The notes beneath the pieces are model-generated. The model was not told the DNA's origin, ran no database searches, and saw only the letters and a list, made by a program, of their open reading frames with translations. From Nitrososphaeraceae archaeon (GTDB taxonomy: Archaea > Thermoproteota > Nitrososphaeria > Nitrososphaerales > Nitrososphaeraceae), in assembly GCA_040414675.1 (NCBI GenBank), contig JBEDUN010000164.1, forward strand, positions 3 through 64,002: a stretch of 64,000 nt of DNA, in the 5' to 3' direction. This document shows positions 1 through 8,889 of the stretch, one piece after another (within the stretch, counting starts at the first letter, position 1; every line of letters starts with the position of its first letter). The position numbers and the translations under genes are program-made.

Positions 1-1
1 T

Positions 2-334
2 GCACACAGATATCTACAGATAGCATTTGCAGAAGATCTCTATCTATACTGTCAAGCAAATAACATAAACTTTGCAGAACTACGAGATGCATTAAATACA
101 AAATGGAATGTTAATATCCTTGAGCCAAGAGATGGAATAGGTGGTCATTGTCTACCAAAAGATACTAAAATGTTCTTGCAATCATCCAAATCCATAAAAA
201 GTAAGATATTGGCATCAGCAATAGAAGTGGATGAGGATTACAGAAGGTATAGACAAACTAGAACTTTAGTTGTGAATAGCGATTCACGGCATTCTTACGA
301 AGAGGGTAAATCAGATCTTTATAAATCGAATTAA
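2..334 (+). CDS. UDP-glucose/GDP-mannose (UDP-sugar 6-) dehydrogenase family protein, C-terminal fragment; the 5' end lies outside the window
   Basis: My own translation of frame 2 (absent from the ORF track because there is no in-window start): ...LEPRDGIGGHCLPKDTKMFLQSSKSIKSKILASAIEVDEDYRRY... GGHCLPKD is the catalytic-Cys signature of this family. TAA stop at 332-334. Confidence 0.75.
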   Translation, partial: AHRYLQIAFAEDLYLYCQANNINFAELRDALNTKWNVNILEPRDGIGGHCLPKDTKMFLQSSKSIKSKILASAIEVDEDYRRYRQTRTLVVNSDSRHSYEEGKSDLYKSN

Positions 335-394
335 GCTCAATATAGTCAAAGTTGCTGACAGCATTCAAATAATCATGGTTATTAGGAAATCTTC

Positions 395-1033
395 ATGAAA
401 TCAAAAGAATCGATTCTTATATTCGGCGCCCATCCGGACGACATAGAAATCGGGATGGGTGGAACCGTAGCAAAGCTTGCTCAGAATAATTCATATGACA
501 TCCACCTTGTAATTGCGACACTGCCGAATTTCGTTAAAACAGATACTAAGGAGGGGCGTCAATCGGAAGCAATTATGTCTGCAAAAGTGATGGGTTGCAA
601 AGACCCAGAACTTCTTGACTTGTCACCAGAAGAAGTAATTTTCAATAGGAGATTAGTTGGAATCATTGACAAGATCATTAAGGAACGACAACCAGACGCA
701 GTATTCACTCAGTGGATTGGTGACTCGCACCAAGATCATCAAGCACTGACGAGAGCGGTCACGGCAGCATGCAGAGACCAGAATAATATTTTCATGTATG
801 AGACCACTATCCCGGGGGGTATTACTGAGTGTGCCTTTAGACCGCAGCTTTATGTTGACATTGCAGGAACTATAGAAATAAAGAAAGAAGCGTTGAATTG
901 TTTCGATTCGCAAAAGATTCGGTGCGGAGAATATTGGATAGATGCAATCATAGGCAGATGCAAGTACAGAGGGTATCAACTGAATTCGAAGTATGCTGAA
1001 GCATTTGAAGTTGTCAGAGTATCCAAGTGGTAA
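395..1033 (+). CDS. PIG-L/LmbE family N-acetylglucosaminyl deacetylase (MshB/BshB-type fold)
   Basis: 212 aa. The GAHPDDIEIGMGGT and HQDH motifs are the zinc-site signatures of PIG-L/LmbE deacetylases. The C-terminal YAEAFE is typical of the family. Confidence 0.85.
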   Translation: MKSKESILIFGAHPDDIEIGMGGTVAKLAQNNSYDIHLVIATLPNFVKTDTKEGRQSEAIMSAKVMGCKDPELLDLSPEEVIFNRRLVGIIDKIIKERQPDAVFTQWIGDSHQDHQALTRAVTAACRDQNNIFMYETTIPGGITECAFRPQLYVDIAGTIEIKKEALNCFDSQKIRCGEYWIDAIIGRCKYRGYQLNSKYAEAFEVVRVSKW

Positions 1034-1073
1034 ATCGTACAATCTAATCTTGATCTAATCTTTCTAAGTTCTC

Positions 1074-2153
1074 TTAAAAATAATTAGGGACGATAGAATT
1101 ACTTTCCTTCACTTTTCTTTGAGATGTAGTGTACAAATACGTATCGTAATCGACGTATACTTCGTTCCAGTATCTCATGCACAATAACCTCTTGTAGTTT
1201 CTTGCGCTACTCTGTTCATTCATGAATAAATTCCTCAAGATTATATCTGGTTCATTGATCCCTGCTACTGCTCGCATTGGACACGTTGCAGAAAATCTTG
1301 GATTTATCTCAAAAACCTTCACCTCGTCTCCCACCTGCATTGCTTGTACGTTGACAGGTCCACGAGCCCCGAGTTTTACAGCAACTTCTTCAGCAGGCTG
1401 GCGTATTTCATTGAAGTTATCAATTATTGCCTTGTAAGTTTGACCATGTTTGATTGTCTTTTGGATGGAAATAGATGATAATACTTTATCACCTTGTTTG
1501 TCAATAGTTACACCAGTTGTGTACTCGGTGCCATTTCCACCAATGTATTCCTGAAGCATAGGTTTCCATCCAGCTACTTCAATTTTCGAAATGTTATACT
1601 CTAGCTCGTTTTCATCCTTAACCACTGCAAAATATAGAGAACCATATCCTTCTCTCGGTTTCACCACGAGTGGAAAACTATAGCGAGAAATGAACTCGTA
1701 CTTGTCGTCTGGCAGGCATGATTCTGCCCTCGAAAAGTTATTACTTGTCAAGAATTCATAAGTTTTCCATTTGTCTCTGGCAAGTTCTAACACGGTCAAA
1801 GGATTTGAAATGATTTTTGCATTAGTCTCAGCTTCTATTCTGCTTTGGACTTTACCGAGAACCAACAGCTCTTCATCGGAGCCTACAAAAATTGCATTAA
1901 TGTCATTTTTTCTAGATATAGAAATTATATTATCAATATAATCTGGTGAGGATGAAGCTGGCACCAAGAATCCAATGCCGTTGCATCTATACAATCCCGC
2001 TGCTTGAGTATTCGCATCTGCAGCAAATATCCTATAAGTAATTGAATCTTCATTTGAATAAAGATTTGCCCAATTTAAGCATTTTATAATTCCTTCTCCT
2101 ATAATACCACCAGCTGCAGTAACAAGCACATTAAGCTGAATTGTATTGCTCAT
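1074..2153 (-). CDS. ATP-grasp ligase (CarB-like / PylC-like family), substrate unknown
   Basis: 359 aa. N-terminal VLVTAAGGIIG (Rossmann-like), VVKPREGYGS and FEINPRFSAT motifs are typical of ATP-grasp enzymes. Confidence 0.75.
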   Translation of the reverse strand: MSNTIQLNVLVTAAGGIIGEGIIKCLNWANLYSNEDSITYRIFAADANTQAAGLYRCNGIGFLVPASSSPDYIDNIISISRKNDINAIFVGSDEELLVLGKVQSRIEAETNAKIISNPLTVLELARDKWKTYEFLTSNNFSRAESCLPDDKYEFISRYSFPLVVKPREGYGSLYFAVVKDENELEYNISKIEVAGWKPMLQEYIGGNGTEYTTGVTIDKQGDKVLSSISIQKTIKHGQTYKAIIDNFNEIRQPAEEVAVKLGARGPVNVQAMQVGDEVKVFEINPRFSATCPMRAVAGINEPDIILRNLFMNEQSSARNYKRLLCMRYWNEVYVDYDTYLYTTSQRKVKESNSIVPNYF

Positions 2154-2198
2154 TATCCAATCGAATTTCAGTTATAGCATATTATTTTACTGATTTAT

Positions 2199-3899
2199 CT
2201 ACATAATCAAAGAGATTGGCGTAGCTAGATGATCATTAGTTATAAGACCATCTCTCCATTGAGCCTCTACGCCACACATGCCGAAGTTTACCGCATAGTC
2301 AATCATGCAAGGTTTCAAATTGATCGCCGACCTTGCTTTATTAGCAGTTTTAATAGTACGACGAAGTGTTCTCTGAGATTCCTTCAATGGAAATACCTTA
2401 TTTAAAATGTCATTTATAGATTGTCCAGACCTAATTCTCCTTGAACGTTCATTAATCAATGGGACTATCCGTTCAGCAAATCCAGAGTCCATTTCTTTCA
2501 ATCTATTCAGATAGGATTCTAGTTCAATTTCATTATTTACTCTTATATAGTTGAGTGCTTCTGATTGACCAATACCTGTATAGACATCAACTGAGGGCCA
2601 AACAGTGGTTAAAGGCATAGTGACATTCAGCTGCTTGAATGCCAGGCTGCTTACCAGCATGTAACCAAGACTTCCACCTGTTCCAGAAGCATAGCATTCA
2701 ATCCCGAGTTCCCTGGCAAGTAGTAATAAAATTGGAATAGCCCTAGGAGATATAGCATGTATCTTGTCGCCTGACAAATCAATATTACTCACTGAGCCAA
2801 TTTCAATTCTAAGATCATTTTTGCACGCTATACATTTTCCTGCTAGATATAGGTGCTGTGTCTTGGTTTCAACCAATTTGGCAGATCCCTTACTTCCACA
2901 TTTACAATGGAGCCATACCGGGGCATTAAGATAAGAGCTCGAACTAACACCAGTGTTGATTCCTTGGCTGGCAAAAATTCCCTCACTTTCATTTAGGGCT
3001 GCGGCATATTTTTTATAATTGGATATCAGGAATTTGAACCCGTCTTCGAAAACTTCTGGTATGTCAGATAATCGAACGAAAACTGTATCATACCCCCAAA
3101 TCTTATTTACAAGACGAGAAATTATAAATGAATTAAAATCTGCATAGGATTTACATCTTGAATAGGACTCTAGAACTTCATCCCAAAAATCGTCAAAATT
3201 CTTTAATAGCTGATATTTATTTTCTCTCTTAAACAAAGATGAATTCGCATTTCTGAGCCAATAAGATACTTGCTTACGCCAAAATTCTATCAAGGAACCT
3301 CTTGGAGCATTCATATTGTGCATCAATCGCCACCTATCGTGGGCTCTAATGGGAAACCTGAGCTCAAGAATACCATTCGCATTACGTACACTAGGCAGCT
3401 GAGCGTGTCGTATCCAAAACTCGTCCATGAAATCATGGTCGACTATTAGAAAGAGATTTACAAATTTTTTACTGCTATCTCTACATTCAGCTATCGATTT
3501 AAGGGATTGCAGCAGAATTATTTTCTTGTACACTCCAGCGAAAGCAAAGAGATTAGGCTGATGGATTGAAACCAATACTTCGGTCGAAGGCTTTTGTAAA
3601 GCTGCAAGAGATTCGTTGATTATGGAGTTGTTAGTGCCTGCCTGATGATGAAAATTGTCTATATACTTAACGAGCCTTGCTCTATTTGACATAATATTTT
3701 CAGCCATCATCGAGGATTGGTTTGTTCGAGAAAGAAGTTTATCAACGGCCTCGGAAAGGCTTTCAGGAAAAGAGGAGATGTAATCAGCTATTACCTGATT
3801 TCCGACTGTCCCAAATTTCGAAAATAGAGATCTGACGCTATGTCGTTGCCCTATTTCCGATGCAGCCATGTAATTGTTAACTAACATTAGAAATCCCAA
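2199..3899 (-). CDS. Divergent BshC-like protein (putative amide ligase) with an inserted Cys4 zinc-ribbon
   Basis: 566 aa. LQKPSTEVLVSIHQPNLFAFAGVYKKI...FLIVDHDFMDE matches, in order and spacing, the BshC pattern ...PSS..VVGGQQAGLLTGPLYTIHK...FWVAGEDHD as I recall it. A later CYASGTGGSLGYM resembles FIAGPGEINYW. CxC-N21-CxxC at residues 332-359. The ORF itself is solid; the family assignment is from memory only. Confidence 0.5.
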   Translation of the reverse strand: MGFLMLVNNYMAASEIGQRHSVRSLFSKFGTVGNQVIADYISSFPESLSEAVDKLLSRTNQSSMMAENIMSNRARLVKYIDNFHHQAGTNNSIINESLAALQKPSTEVLVSIHQPNLFAFAGVYKKIILLQSLKSIAECRDSSKKFVNLFLIVDHDFMDEFWIRHAQLPSVRNANGILELRFPIRAHDRWRLMHNMNAPRGSLIEFWRKQVSYWLRNANSSLFKRENKYQLLKNFDDFWDEVLESYSRCKSYADFNSFIISRLVNKIWGYDTVFVRLSDIPEVFEDGFKFLISNYKKYAAALNESEGIFASQGINTGVSSSSYLNAPVWLHCKCGSKGSAKLVETKTQHLYLAGKCIACKNDLRIEIGSVSNIDLSGDKIHAISPRAIPILLLLARELGIECYASGTGGSLGYMLVSSLAFKQLNVTMPLTTVWPSVDVYTGIGQSEALNYIRVNNEIELESYLNRLKEMDSGFAERIVPLINERSRRIRSGQSINDILNKVFPLKESQRTLRRTIKTANKARSAINLKPCMIDYAVNFGMCGVEAQWRDGLITNDHLATPISLIM

Positions 3900-4135
3900 C
3901 CATTATATAAATTTCCGTCCAAACGTTTGCAGTCGTCAACTATTTACTAGACGATTCTGAAAGCCAACTAATTTAAGGAGTTTTAATCAATATCATAGTA
4001 CAGAATTTCCTAAGATTATCACCTAAAGACTAGACGAAATAATATAATGGTAAATTGATTAAGAAAATTGTAAGATAAAACACTTCTATGTTCTCGGAAC
4101 AGTTGATTTACATAGCATAAAGTCTTTTTGAATTC

Positions 4136-4759
4136 TTACGGTAATTCTGCAGCAGCTATAAGGTCATTAATATCGTCAAAAGATCCTACAGATCCGAGAC
4201 TATGAGCATCGCTTCCCAAGTGGAATCTTACTCCCTTAGTCTTAAATGCAGTTATCCAATCCAACGGTGGTCTGCGGTACTTGGAATTAAGCTCGACCAC
4301 TTTTCGATTCTGCACTATTTCCTCTGCAATCAGACCAATTTCAGATTCGCTGACCTTCATACCGGGCTCTGGAGCTAGATGACCAATTACATCAACTGTC
4401 GGATCTCTGATAACTGTCCTTAGAGCATTTATCCAGATCTGTTTATTTCCAAAAACAGAATGAAAGCTCGCTATCACAAAATATTTGGTACGATATTCAC
4501 TCGGACAATCAATATCACCATTTTGGAGAATTTTTGCCTCGAATCCGGTTAGAATATCTAAAGAGGAGACTTTGGCACACATGTGTATTTCCTCCAGGTA
4601 TTTTGGGATCCAATCAGATGTTTTCCTGACATGTTCTGTGAATGCTATCTTCTTCAGTCCTTTACTTCTTGCAATTTGAATTACATTGTTTATAGTTAAA
4701 TCCGGATCAGAATGATCATTGTATGTCGAATGAATATGATAATCTGCTAGTTTGTCCAT
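4136..4759 (-). CDS. PHP-domain phosphoesterase (histidinol-phosphatase-like family)
   Basis: 207 aa. DYHIHSTYNDHS, AFTEH, ASFH, IGHL and GSDAH are the metal-binding His/Asp motifs of PHP phosphoesterases. Confidence 0.75.
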   Translation of the reverse strand: MDKLADYHIHSTYNDHSDPDLTINNVIQIARSKGLKKIAFTEHVRKTSDWIPKYLEEIHMCAKVSSLDILTGFEAKILQNGDIDCPSEYRTKYFVIASFHSVFGNKQIWINALRTVIRDPTVDVIGHLAPEPGMKVSESEIGLIAEEIVQNRKVVELNSKYRRPPLDWITAFKTKGVRFHLGSDAHSLGSVGSFDDINDLIAAAELP

Positions 4760-4876
4760 AGTGATATATTCTGCCTCTTGAACTGGTGTAATTGATAGCT
4801 GATTGTTAAATCAACCTGTTATATATATAAATATTTATTACATCGATCAATATACAATACTTCTTGGTAATGTCCG

Positions 4877-5878
4877 TTGGCTAGACCTGAAATTTCTGTA
4901 GTTCTTGTTCCAGGCGCAGCCGCACCATCGGGCATAAATGCAATCAAGTCTTTGAGAATGGGTGGATATAAAGGCAAGATTGTTGCGACAGATTCAAGCT
5001 ATCTTTCAGCTGGGTTTTTTATGTCCGATTTTAACGAGGTAATTCCAGAAGCTGATGATAAATCATTCCTTCAGAGGTTGTTGGAAATAATTAAAGGACA
5101 TAAGGTTCAAGTTCTTCTGCCCACGTCGGGCTATGATATATACCCTTACAGTGAGCATCGAAAATTGCTCCTAGATATGGGAGTACACGCAATAGTCAGC
5201 GACAGAAAGAGCCTTGAAATTTGTCGTGACAAGATGCAGACTTATCACTTTTTGCGGAATAATTATTCATTGCCTTATACTACGGATAATGCTAATAAAA
5301 TCAACCAATTCCCAATCATCGCCAAGCCAAGATTTGGAAAAGGTAGTCGTGGTATTATTAGGATAGACGATGAATCTGAGCTAAAATATATTTCATCAAA
5401 AATGGATGATTTAATCTATCAAGAGTTTCTTCCCGGAACAGAATACACGATTGATGTACTTTCTGATCTGAATGAGAAAGCTATGATTGCCGTGCCGCGG
5501 ATTAGAATTCAGACAAAGGCTGGAATCTCGACGAAAGGTAAAATTGTACGAGATCCTAAACTCGAAGACCAGTGTATGGAAATTGCCAATCGGATAAGGA
5601 TAAGAGGCCCTTGTTGTATTCAAATGAAAGAATCTGATGACGGCAGTCTGAAGCTTGTCGAAGTAAATCCTAGGATGGGAGGCGGCACAATTTTCGCAAC
5701 TTTAGCCGGTGTAAACTTCCCATCACTGTTGTTAGAACTCGTCGAAAATAAGAAAGTAGTTCTACCCAAGATAGATGAGGTTACGATTGTAAGGTATTTT
5801 GAGGAAATTGTAATTAGAAATGAGGAACACAAGAATATTGAAGCTGGTATTATGCCCAAACAAAATTATTTTGGGTAA
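4877..5878 (+). CDS. ATP-grasp ligase (CarB-like family), paralogous in type to 1074-2153
   Basis: 333 aa, TTG start. IIAKPRFGKGSRGI and VEVNPRMGGG motifs; domain order as in ATP-grasp enzymes. Confidence 0.75.
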   Translation: MARPEISVVLVPGAAAPSGINAIKSLRMGGYKGKIVATDSSYLSAGFFMSDFNEVIPEADDKSFLQRLLEIIKGHKVQVLLPTSGYDIYPYSEHRKLLLDMGVHAIVSDRKSLEICRDKMQTYHFLRNNYSLPYTTDNANKINQFPIIAKPRFGKGSRGIIRIDDESELKYISSKMDDLIYQEFLPGTEYTIDVLSDLNEKAMIAVPRIRIQTKAGISTKGKIVRDPKLEDQCMEIANRIRIRGPCCIQMKESDDGSLKLVEVNPRMGGGTIFATLAGVNFPSLLLELVENKKVVLPKIDEVTIVRYFEEIVIRNEEHKNIEAGIMPKQNYFG

Positions 5879-6164
5879 CTTCATTCCTTTTTACAATCCT
5901 GAAATTGTCCTCTAACGATCTTTTTAACTTACTATTCTGTTACTCCACCCCTTCCGGTATGATAACTGTCGAGAAATAGTTCACAGAATCTGTAGACCCT
6001 GATTTAACCTGAGTTATTCATATGATTAAATTTCCTAAATGCTGCCTTGCATTCTGTTGTTATATATGAGCGAAAAACTCAGAAAACACTTGTCCACAAT
6101 TCCTGAACATGCAGGTAGTTATAATCTGTTACTAGGAGGACAAAAAGCCACGACAGTTATATCT

Positions 6165-6190
6165 TACACATTGGTTTTTTCCAATGTGTA
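6165..6190. other. Perfect 10-bp stem / T6 loop hairpin followed by a T-rich tract
   Basis: TACACATTGG (6165-6174), tttttt, CCAATGTGTA (6181-6190), then GATTTTGTTG. Lies in a 1-kb non-coding spacer. Confidence 0.3.
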
Positions 6191-6438
6191 GATTTTGTTG
6201 TCTTCAATTGGCAGAACCTACGATAGGTGTGTGAACCACAATGTGGCCCAATGCAAAGACTACTCGAGCTTGTTTTGGAGTCTGTATCATCTACAAAAGA
6301 TGGCCAGACCATTGATCACTAGTTCAAATGTTTGCGAAGTAGTTTTGAGTGATAGCGACCAGAGCCTCAGCCTGTAAACATAAGTCTGTCTCTATCTCAA
6401 CCATGTGAATCTAGAGCCGGACGAATTATTAAAAACTC

Positions 6439-6668
6439 TGCTCTAGAGTCGCCGAAGCTTCGGAGATCTCTCGACTCTTCTTTCATTTGTTATTCGTTTA
6501 TTTTCTGATTTATCTGATTCGGTAATGTATTATAGAAAGCAGGAACGCGGAATGCAATAAATAAATCTTTTTTTCAAATCCAGAAGAATAAGATTCTTCG
6601 GAAAGAATAGCATGATAATGCTATGTAACGTCGAAAACCAGTTCAGCAGTTTACCTTGCTCTAGAGTC
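6439..6668. repeat. 12-nt direct repeat TGCTCTAGAGTC (6439-6450 and 6657-6668) bracketing about 200 nt with three perfect hairpins
   Basis: Read directly. Hairpins: AGAGTCG/CGACTCT (6445-6451 / 6472-6478) enclosing the palindrome CCGAAGCTTCGG (6452-6463); GAAGAAT-aag-ATTCTTC (6583-6599); ATAGCAT-gata-ATGCTAT (6607-6624). T7 run at about 6568-6574. Confidence 0.4.
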
Positions 6669-6881
6669 ATGAACAAACCTAGTTCCAGCAAACGATGCGA
6701 TCGAATGATGTTCACACTTAAAGTTTGAGGTGTATGCATGTTAAACCAAATGTTTGTAGATTGTAGCTGCATGATAAAACAATTGAATCCATGCTACTAG
6801 GCATCTTAGATGATTTCTGAGCGAGATTATTAGGTCTATAATTATTGAAGACTATGTATATGAGGAAAATGGAATAACCTT

Positions 6882-7700
6882 GTGCTGCCATTGGACCAAT
6901 CAGTAGGATGGCTTTCAATAATGATTGCTCTAACGGTTTTTGCATATAGGATTAATGCAATCGATGCTTACGGCGTCATTGCGGCAGTACCAGTAGGATT
7001 CATAACGTTAATTTTCGGGGGTGTCACGTGGTTTTTGGCATTGCTTTCTTTTTTTCTAATTGCTTCCTATTATACTCGACATAAATTTGAGCAAAAAGAA
7101 TTAGCTGGTTTTTCGGAGAAAAATCGGGGGGCTAGAAGTTGGACCAGTGTATTGGCTAATGGGGGATTGCCGGCTTTTTTTGCCATAATGTATCATTATT
7201 CTGGTAATAATAATTTGTATTTGCTCTTTTTTTCAGGCTCTCTGGCCTTCGCACTAGCTGACACGATCGCAACTGAGGTTGGATTACTGAGTAGATCTGC
7301 ACCCATATCTATCTTATCTGGCAAACCCATTCCAAGGGGCCATTCCGGTGGAGTCACTCTGAGGGGTGAGATGGCAGCGCTTGTAGGGACATTAGTTATT
7401 GGATCTATCTGTGGCTTATTTTTTTCAAATGATGCAGGTCAGTTTGCCATTATCTTAATTGCTTGCATAACATCGGGGATGTTGTCTACGAACCTGGATA
7501 GTGTATTAGGCGAAACTTGGCAATGCAAGTATAAATGTTCTGTGTGCAACAAATACTCTGAAATTAGAATAGTTCATTGTGATGTTATTACAATTCAACA
7601 TAGAGGATTCAGATTCGTAGACAATAATGTGGTGAATGCTATAAGCTCGTTATTCGGTGCCGCAATTTGCTCCATTTTTATTTTGGCTTTTAACACTTAG
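6882..7700 (+). CDS. DUF92/TMEM19-family (COG1836) integral membrane protein
   Basis: 272 aa, multiple TM helices. ALADTIATEVG and NLDSVLGETWQ motifs plus a small Cys-rich knuckle (CKYKCSVCN...HC) before the last helix. Confidence 0.7.
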   Translation: MLPLDQSVGWLSIMIALTVFAYRINAIDAYGVIAAVPVGFITLIFGGVTWFLALLSFFLIASYYTRHKFEQKELAGFSEKNRGARSWTSVLANGGLPAFFAIMYHYSGNNNLYLLFFSGSLAFALADTIATEVGLLSRSAPISILSGKPIPRGHSGGVTLRGEMAALVGTLVIGSICGLFFSNDAGQFAIILIACITSGMLSTNLDSVLGETWQCKYKCSVCNKYSEIRIVHCDVITIQHRGFRFVDNNVVNAISSLFGAAICSIFILAFNT

Positions 7701-7759
7701 GAATTAGCTGGAGCAACCCTTATGACCACTCCGTTCGATCGAATATAGATCGCACAGGC

Positions 7760-8695
7760 TTGTGTTATAACCAAGTTACTAAAATCTGTAGAGGGTGCTC
7801 AGTAATGCTTTTTAATGTATTCTTTGATATCGATCCCGGTAAATTCGTGAATTCTTTTAGAGTAGCAGTAGTACAGATGAAGTCATCACAACATAAGGCA
7901 GAAAATCTTAGTGTTGCCTTGGAATACACATCGTTTGCTGCAAATAAAGATGCGAATGCGGTTTTATTCCCTGAATTCCTTATGGCGTATTCCCCTGAAC
8001 ATCAAGATGCTAAAGAATTAGTTAGTATGGCAGAATCGGTAATCAACGGAAAGTTTGTTACAGCATTGCGAAGAGCAGCTAAAAAAAACAATATTACTAT
8101 TGTTGCGACCATATATGAAAAATCGGAAAAAAACAATCAACGGGTTTATGATACCGCGATAATAATTAATTCCACGGGAAAAATATCTTCAGTATATAGA
8201 AAACTTCATCTATACGATGCTTTGGGATTTAGAGAATCGCTTAAGTTTGTGGCAGGTGATAAAATTAACAAACCAGTTACGCTAGGAACCACAAAAGTAG
8301 GCATCATGATTTGTTATGATATTCGATTTCCTGAAATGTCTAGAATATTAGTAGGAAATGGAGCTAACACATTAGTTGCACCATCTGCTTGGGTCCATGG
8401 GATACTAAAGGAGGAGCATTGGTTGACTATGCTCAAGGCTAGGGCTATCGAGAACGGAGCATTCGTGATCGCTCCAGATCAAGTCGGAAATATCTACAGC
8501 GGACGGAGTCTAGTCGTAGACCCATTCGGTGTGGTTCTTTTGGATATGGGAAATAAGCAAGGTGTAGATATTGTAGATATTGATATGTCCAGAGTTAGGG
8601 GTGTTAGAGAGACTTTACCATTGCTCGAAAATCGTCGAACTGACGTATACATGAGAGATCTAGATATTTTTTGTAAGGATAGCAGTATGAGATAG
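7760..8695 (+). CDS. Carbon-nitrogen hydrolase (nitrilase superfamily)
   Basis: Catalytic E-K-C contexts are present: FPEF, YRKLHLYD, MICYDIRFPE. Family members usually begin near 'VAVVQM', so the true start is probably downstream (for example the Met at 7805). Confidence 0.8.
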   Translation: MCYNQVTKICRGCSVMLFNVFFDIDPGKFVNSFRVAVVQMKSSQHKAENLSVALEYTSFAANKDANAVLFPEFLMAYSPEHQDAKELVSMAESVINGKFVTALRRAAKKNNITIVATIYEKSEKNNQRVYDTAIIINSTGKISSVYRKLHLYDALGFRESLKFVAGDKINKPVTLGTTKVGIMICYDIRFPEMSRILVGNGANTLVAPSAWVHGILKEEHWLTMLKARAIENGAFVIAPDQVGNIYSGRSLVVDPFGVVLLDMGNKQGVDIVDIDMSRVRGVRETLPLLENRRTDVYMRDLDIFCKDSSMR

Positions 8696-8889
8696 CAATG
8701 TATGAACTGATCGAAATGGTTTCAATCTAACGGCCCAGTAGAGAAATAATTGTCATATAAACACAATAAAATAGATCAGCAGTCTATTCGGATTTCGTAT
8801 CTATAACTTCAATTAATGAAGGATCATAAATAACGTGCCTTAATACTGTTGTCTTTAACTTTTTATACCTAAAAGGAAATATTGCGAGT

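Noticed and set aside
653-1042. Many ORF-track entries lie antisense to, or out of frame within, well-supported genes. Examples: 653-1042, 1222-1437, 4485-4679, 5411-5859, 9357-9738, 9871-10161, 10088-10324, 14799-15258, 16951-17163, 19259-19630, 20144-20395, 20677-21005, 21756-22171, 22237-23584, 24558-24788, 29055-29623, 30057-30287, 32139-33194, 34868-36295, 37033-37689, 38356-38631, 40067-42694, 42942-43319, 44000-45573, 46257-46502, 49682-49900, 50678-51065, 55290-55586, 57196-57672, 57757-58041, 58249-59427, 61176-61980 and 63179-63382.
   Set aside because: These are shadow ORFs. Each overlaps a gene with strong family motifs and has a low-complexity or odd composition and no motif of its own. 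AT-rich genomes generate long antisense ORFs by chance.
6442-6469. A polylinker-like run of restriction palindromes (TCTAGA ... AAGCTT ... AGATCT), raising the thought of vector or synthetic contamination
   Set aside because: No flanking vector-like sequence is present. The sites are part of nested natural-looking hairpins and of a 12-mer that recurs 218 nt downstream. I treated it as part of the structured spacer finding instead.
6195-6945. ORFs 6195-6377, 6530-6772 and 6718-6945 in the 1-kb spacer; also 11673-11891, 26752-26940, 28019-28225 and 10967-11152
   Set aside because: They are short, mutually overlapping or overlapping real gene starts, with hydrophobic or low-complexity composition typical of random AT-rich ORFs, and no motifs.
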